A DNA stretch of 64,000 nt. It comes from Centroscyllium fabricii. Lineage: Eukaryota. Below are positions 59,844 through 64,000 of the stretch, one piece after another (position 1 is the first letter of the stretch; each line of letters begins with the position of its first letter). Position numbers and translations under genes: made by a program. Where the stretch lies: contig JBNRSN020000003.1 in assembly GCA_051313645.2 (NCBI GenBank), positions 323,268,001 to 323,332,000 on the forward strand. Direction: 5' to 3'. The notes beneath the pieces were generated by a model. That model saw nothing but the letters and a program-made list of their open reading frames with translations, had not been told where the DNA came from and did not search any database.

Positions 59844-62456
59844 TGTAGAGGCATACAGGCCTGAAGAACCACGCTGGACACAGAAGATTCGGAAAACAAG
59901 CATTTAATATTAACTCAGCTATGGCCAGGTAGCGAAAGAGAGTGAGCCACCTGGAACCAAGGTATTTAAAGGACCCGCGGTTGGTGATGTCACTGCCGGG
60001 TGTCCACCTGGCGACGTCATCACGCCGGAAGTCGCGGTGACGTCATCACGCCGCCCGGCGGGCGGGGCTGTCTCGCAGTACTCCCGAGGCGGATTCGATG
60101 GTCCTGGTGGGCGTGTCGCCACACAGCTCCCCCCCAGAATCCGTGAGGGAGAGCGAAGTTCAAGCTAAAGTAGAAAGGAGCATAAAGTAAAAATAAAAAA
60201 GTGGAGCATAAAGTAAAATAAAAAATGGAGCATAAAAGGTGAGTCTCAGGCGAGGCATTGCAGTGGCCGGATGATGCGGCCGGCACGTGTCGTGCGCTGC
60301 TCCTTGTTCTGCGTGGGAGTGTGGGTGGGCTTTGGTGCGGTAGGGCGTCCGCGCTTTGGTGGCTGCGCGGGGACTGTTGTCTCACCCGCCATTACATGTG
60401 CCGGTTAGAGCCGGTCGATTGAGACAGTCTCAGCTCTGTTGCCCATTTTAATCTGGAACGTTTTAGGTCCCGCCCGAAGCACTCTGTACGGTCCGTCGTA
60501 CGGTGGCTGTAGTGGTGTTCGATGTGTGTCGTGGCGGACAAACACATACTTGGCATTTTCGATGCCGTCTGGAACACGTGCTGCCGGCTCTCCGTGCCGG
60601 GCCACCGGAAGTGGTTTGAACGCCGCTGCCTGGTTATTGAAGTCTTTGAGGCAGCGGTCGGCTGACCAGGGTTCGTTGGTTTGTGGGACGAACTCGCCTG
60701 GTACGGTTAGGGGTTGTCCATAGACCAGTTCCACCGCTGAGGCGTGCAGGTCTTCCTTAGCCGCTGAACGCAGGCCGAGCATTACCCAGGGCAGGCGGTC
60801 GGTCCAGGTCACGTCTTTGAGGCTGGCCCGCAAGGAAGCTTTGATGGAGCGGTGGAACCGTTCGCAGAGGCCATTGGCCTGTGGATGGTAGGCGGTGGTT
60901 CAGTGCAGGGTTGCCCCGAGGTCGTGGGCGATGGTTGCCCATAGGGTTGAGGTAAATTGGGGGCCCCTGTCTGATGTGATGTCGGTGGGGATGCCGAAAC
61001 GTGCGACCCAGGTGGCAATGAAGGCCCTGGCCAGGTCCGCGGTGGTGGTAGCGGTGAGGGGGACCGCTTCTGGCCAGCGGGTGCTGCGGTCGACCATGGT
61101 CATGACGTGTGTATGTCCCCGTGATGGTGGTAGTGGTCCGACCAGGTCAATATGGACGTGGCTGAAGCGTCTAGCTGGGATGGCGATCGTTTCCACTGGT
61201 GCCTTGATGTGCTTGTGCACCTTGGCGCGCTGGCAGGCATTGCACGAGTTGGTCCAGGTGCGGACATCCTTGCGCAGGCCACGCCAAACGAATCGCGCAG
61301 AGATCAGCTTTGTGGACGCGCGGACACCGGGGTGGGACAGGTCATGGAGGGTCTGGAAGATGTGTCGCCTCCATGCGTGGGGGACGACGGGTCTGGGCTG
61401 CGGGAGGGAGACGTCGCAGCGGACCTCCATGGCTGTGGGCCCGTGTGCTACGGTGGCCAAGAGCACGCCGGGGAGGTTGGTAGCTGGGTCGAGCAGATCA
61501 GGGTCGGTCAGTTGGTCGGCCGCCAGTTTGGCGTAGTCGACGGCCGTTTGAACGGAGTTGATGGTGGAACGTGAGAGGCAGTCAGCAACCACGTTGTCGC
61601 GGCCGGCGATGTGCTGTATGTCGGTGGTAAACTCTGACACAGCCACGAGCTGGCGCTGCTGCCTGGCCGACCAGGGTTCGGAGATCTTAGCCATTGCAGA
61701 CACAAGTGGCTTGTGATCCACGAAGGCTGTAAAGTGGCGGCCCTCTAGGAGGAAGCGGAAGTGGCGCACTGTGAGGTAGAGAGCGAGTAGCTCCCTATCG
61801 AAGGCGCTGTACTTGACCTCTGGGGGCCGGAGTTGCCGGCTGAAAAAGGCCAGGGGTTGCCAGGAGTCGCCTGTCCACTGCTCAAAGACTGCTCCGACGG
61901 CGCGGTCGGAGGCGTCGGTGGTGAGGGCTACTCTGGCGTTGGGCCTAGGGTGGGCTAGGAGCGTGGCGTTGGCCAGGGCGGTTTTGGTTGCGGTAAAGGC
62001 GGTGGAGGCTTCAGCCGTCCACTCGACCGCAGCCTTGTTGGACTGGCCGCGGGTGGCGTGGTAGAGGGGTGCCATGAGAGCGGCTGCTCCTGGGATGAAG
62101 CAGTTATAGAAATTAACCATCCCGAGGAATTCCTGCAGCCCCTTGATGGAGTGCGGGCGGGGGAGTTCCTGAACCGCCTGTACCTTGGAGGGCAGGGGTA
62201 TGGCCCCGGTCTGGGAGATGTGGTGGCCGAGGAAGTCGATCGTCTCGAGGCCGAATCGACATTTGGAGGGGTTTAATATAAGGCCGTGTTCGGCCAGGTG
62301 GTTGAAAAGGGCCCTGAGATGGAGGAGGTGTTCCTGGGGGGAGGTGCTGGCCACGAGGATGTCGTCTAGATAGACGAACGTGAACTGCAAGTCCCGCAGG
62401 ACTGAGTCCATGAGGCGTTGGAAGGCCTGGGCCGCGTTTTTGAGTCCGAAGGGCAT
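59844..62456 (-). mobile_element. Gypsy element 3' half (RT C-terminus, RNase H, integrase, PPT, 3' LTR at about 59844-60123); different clade
   Basis: MPFGLKNAAQAFQR, YLDDIL, TTDASD, HIDLVGPLP, TSDRGPQF and GPY motif (PPYDGPY); one stop at 60900; PPT TTCTGGGGGGGAG. Confidence 0.93.
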
Positions 62457-63986
62457 TAAGGATCATTTTCCAGAACTCAATAGACTCTGGATCAGTACCC
62501 ACGGATTGGAGGGTGGCTAATGTTACCCCAATATTTAAAAAGGGGGGCAGAGAGAAAGCAGGGAATTATAGACCAGTAAGCCTTACATCAGTAGTGGGCA
62601 AAATGCTCGAGTCCATCATCAAGGATGTAATCTCGGAGCATTTGACAAGTAGGGATGAGATCGGACAGAGTCAACACGGGTTTACAAAAGGTAAATCATG
62701 TTTAACTAATCTATTGGAATTCTTTGAGGAAGTAACTCGGAAAATAGATGGCGGAGAGCCAGTAGATGTGGTGTACCTTGACTTCCAGAAAGCTTTCGAT
62801 AAGGTTCCACATAAAAGATTAGCATGTAAAATTAAGGCTCATGGGATTGGGGGCAAAGTTTTGATGTGGATAGAGAACTGGTTGGCAGACAGAAAACAGA
62901 GAGTTAGAATTAACGGCTCGTTTTCTGAGTGGCAGTCGGTGACTAGTGGAGTACCGCAGGGGTCTGTCCTGGGACCTCAGCTGTTTACAATATATATTAA
63001 TGATCTGGATCAGGGAATTGAATGTAATATCTCCAAATTCGCGGACGACACCAAACTAGGAGGGGGGGCAGGCTCTGAAGAGGGTGTCAGGAAGTTACAG
63101 GGCGATTTGGATAAGTTGGGGGACTGGGCAGATAGATGGCAGATGCACTATAATGTGGATAAATGTGAGGTTATCCACTTTGGGGGCAAAAACAGGAGGG
63201 CAGATTACTACTTAAATGGCAATAGATTGGGAGATGGGGAGGTGCAGAGAGACCTGGGTGTTCTTGTACACCAGTCGCTGAAGGCGAGCACGCAGGTGCA
63301 GCAGGCGGTTGGGAAGGCAAATGGTATGTTGGCCTTCATATCAAGAGGGTTCGAGTATCGGAATAAGGATACCTTACTGCAGCTGTACAAGGCACTGGTG
63401 AGCCCACACCTCGAGTATTGTGTACAGTTCTGGTCGCCTCGCCTGAGGAAGGATGTTCTTGCCATGGAAGGAGTGCAGCGGCGTTTCACCAGGCTGATTC
63501 CTGGAATGGCAGGAATGACCTACGAGGAGAGATTGTGTAGTCTGGGCTTGTACTCGTTGGAGTTTAGAAGATTGAGAGGCGATCTCATTGAGACGTATAA
63601 AATTCTGAAAGGTCTGGACAGGCTAGATTCAGAGAGAATGTTTCCAATGGCGGGGGAGTCCAGAACCAGGGGCCACAGTCTAAGGATAAGGGGTAAACCA
63701 TTTAGGACAGACATGAGGAAGAATTTCTTCACTCAGAGAGTGGTGGGCCTGTGGAATTCCCTGCCACAGAGGGCGGTGGAGGCCAGTTCATTAAACATAT
63801 TCAAGAGGGAATTGGATATATTTCTTCAAACTAAAGGGATTAAAGGTTATGGAGAAAAGGCGGGGACGGGGTACTAGCTTGCTAAAGATCAGCCATGATC
63901 TCATTGAATGGCGGAGCAGGCTCGAAGGGCTGAATGGCCTACTCCTGCTCCTATCTTCTATGATTCTATGATTCTATGATTCTATG
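62457..63986 (+). mobile_element. 5'-truncated CR1 with an intact RT reading frame (62513..63877) and a short 3' UTR
   Basis: 454-aa open RT; tail (TTCTATGA)n. Confidence 0.95.
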
Positions 63987-64000
63987 ACTTGTGCTGTGAT

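Noticed and set aside
62457-64000. CR1 as a clean insertion into the Gypsy RT
   Set aside because: No TSD is visible and the 14 nt after the tail do not clearly resume the RT frame; unresolved at the window edge.

Overview
Eukaryotic DNA, almost entirely repeat-derived. The HE1-like V-SINEs, SacSINE1-like Deu-SINEs and CR1/HER1-type LINEs point to a shark or other elasmobranch (inference). No intact host gene is recognisable. The window holds a decayed PIF/Harbinger transposon and an array of a 47-bp satellite (about 8.4-31.8 kb). The array is interrupted by CR1 LINEs (one full length, one pair made by a 3.1-kb tandem duplication) and by a young Gypsy element. There are five more Gypsy/Ty3 elements or remnants, four solo LTRs, several MITEs and many nested SINEs. 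Main observation: three Gypsy elements of one RT type (DYSQT(I/V)N motif) have dissimilar LTRs and no tRNA primer-binding site. In each, the 12-18 nt just after the 5' LTR are the reverse complement of that element's own LTR poly(A)-signal segment, so the pairing is kept while the sequence changes. This suggests tRNA-independent self-priming and/or masking of the 5' poly(A) signal. Second observation: an optional, multi-stem module of about 120 nt sits in the 3' UTR of some CR1 families. All coordinates were read by eye and no database searches were run.
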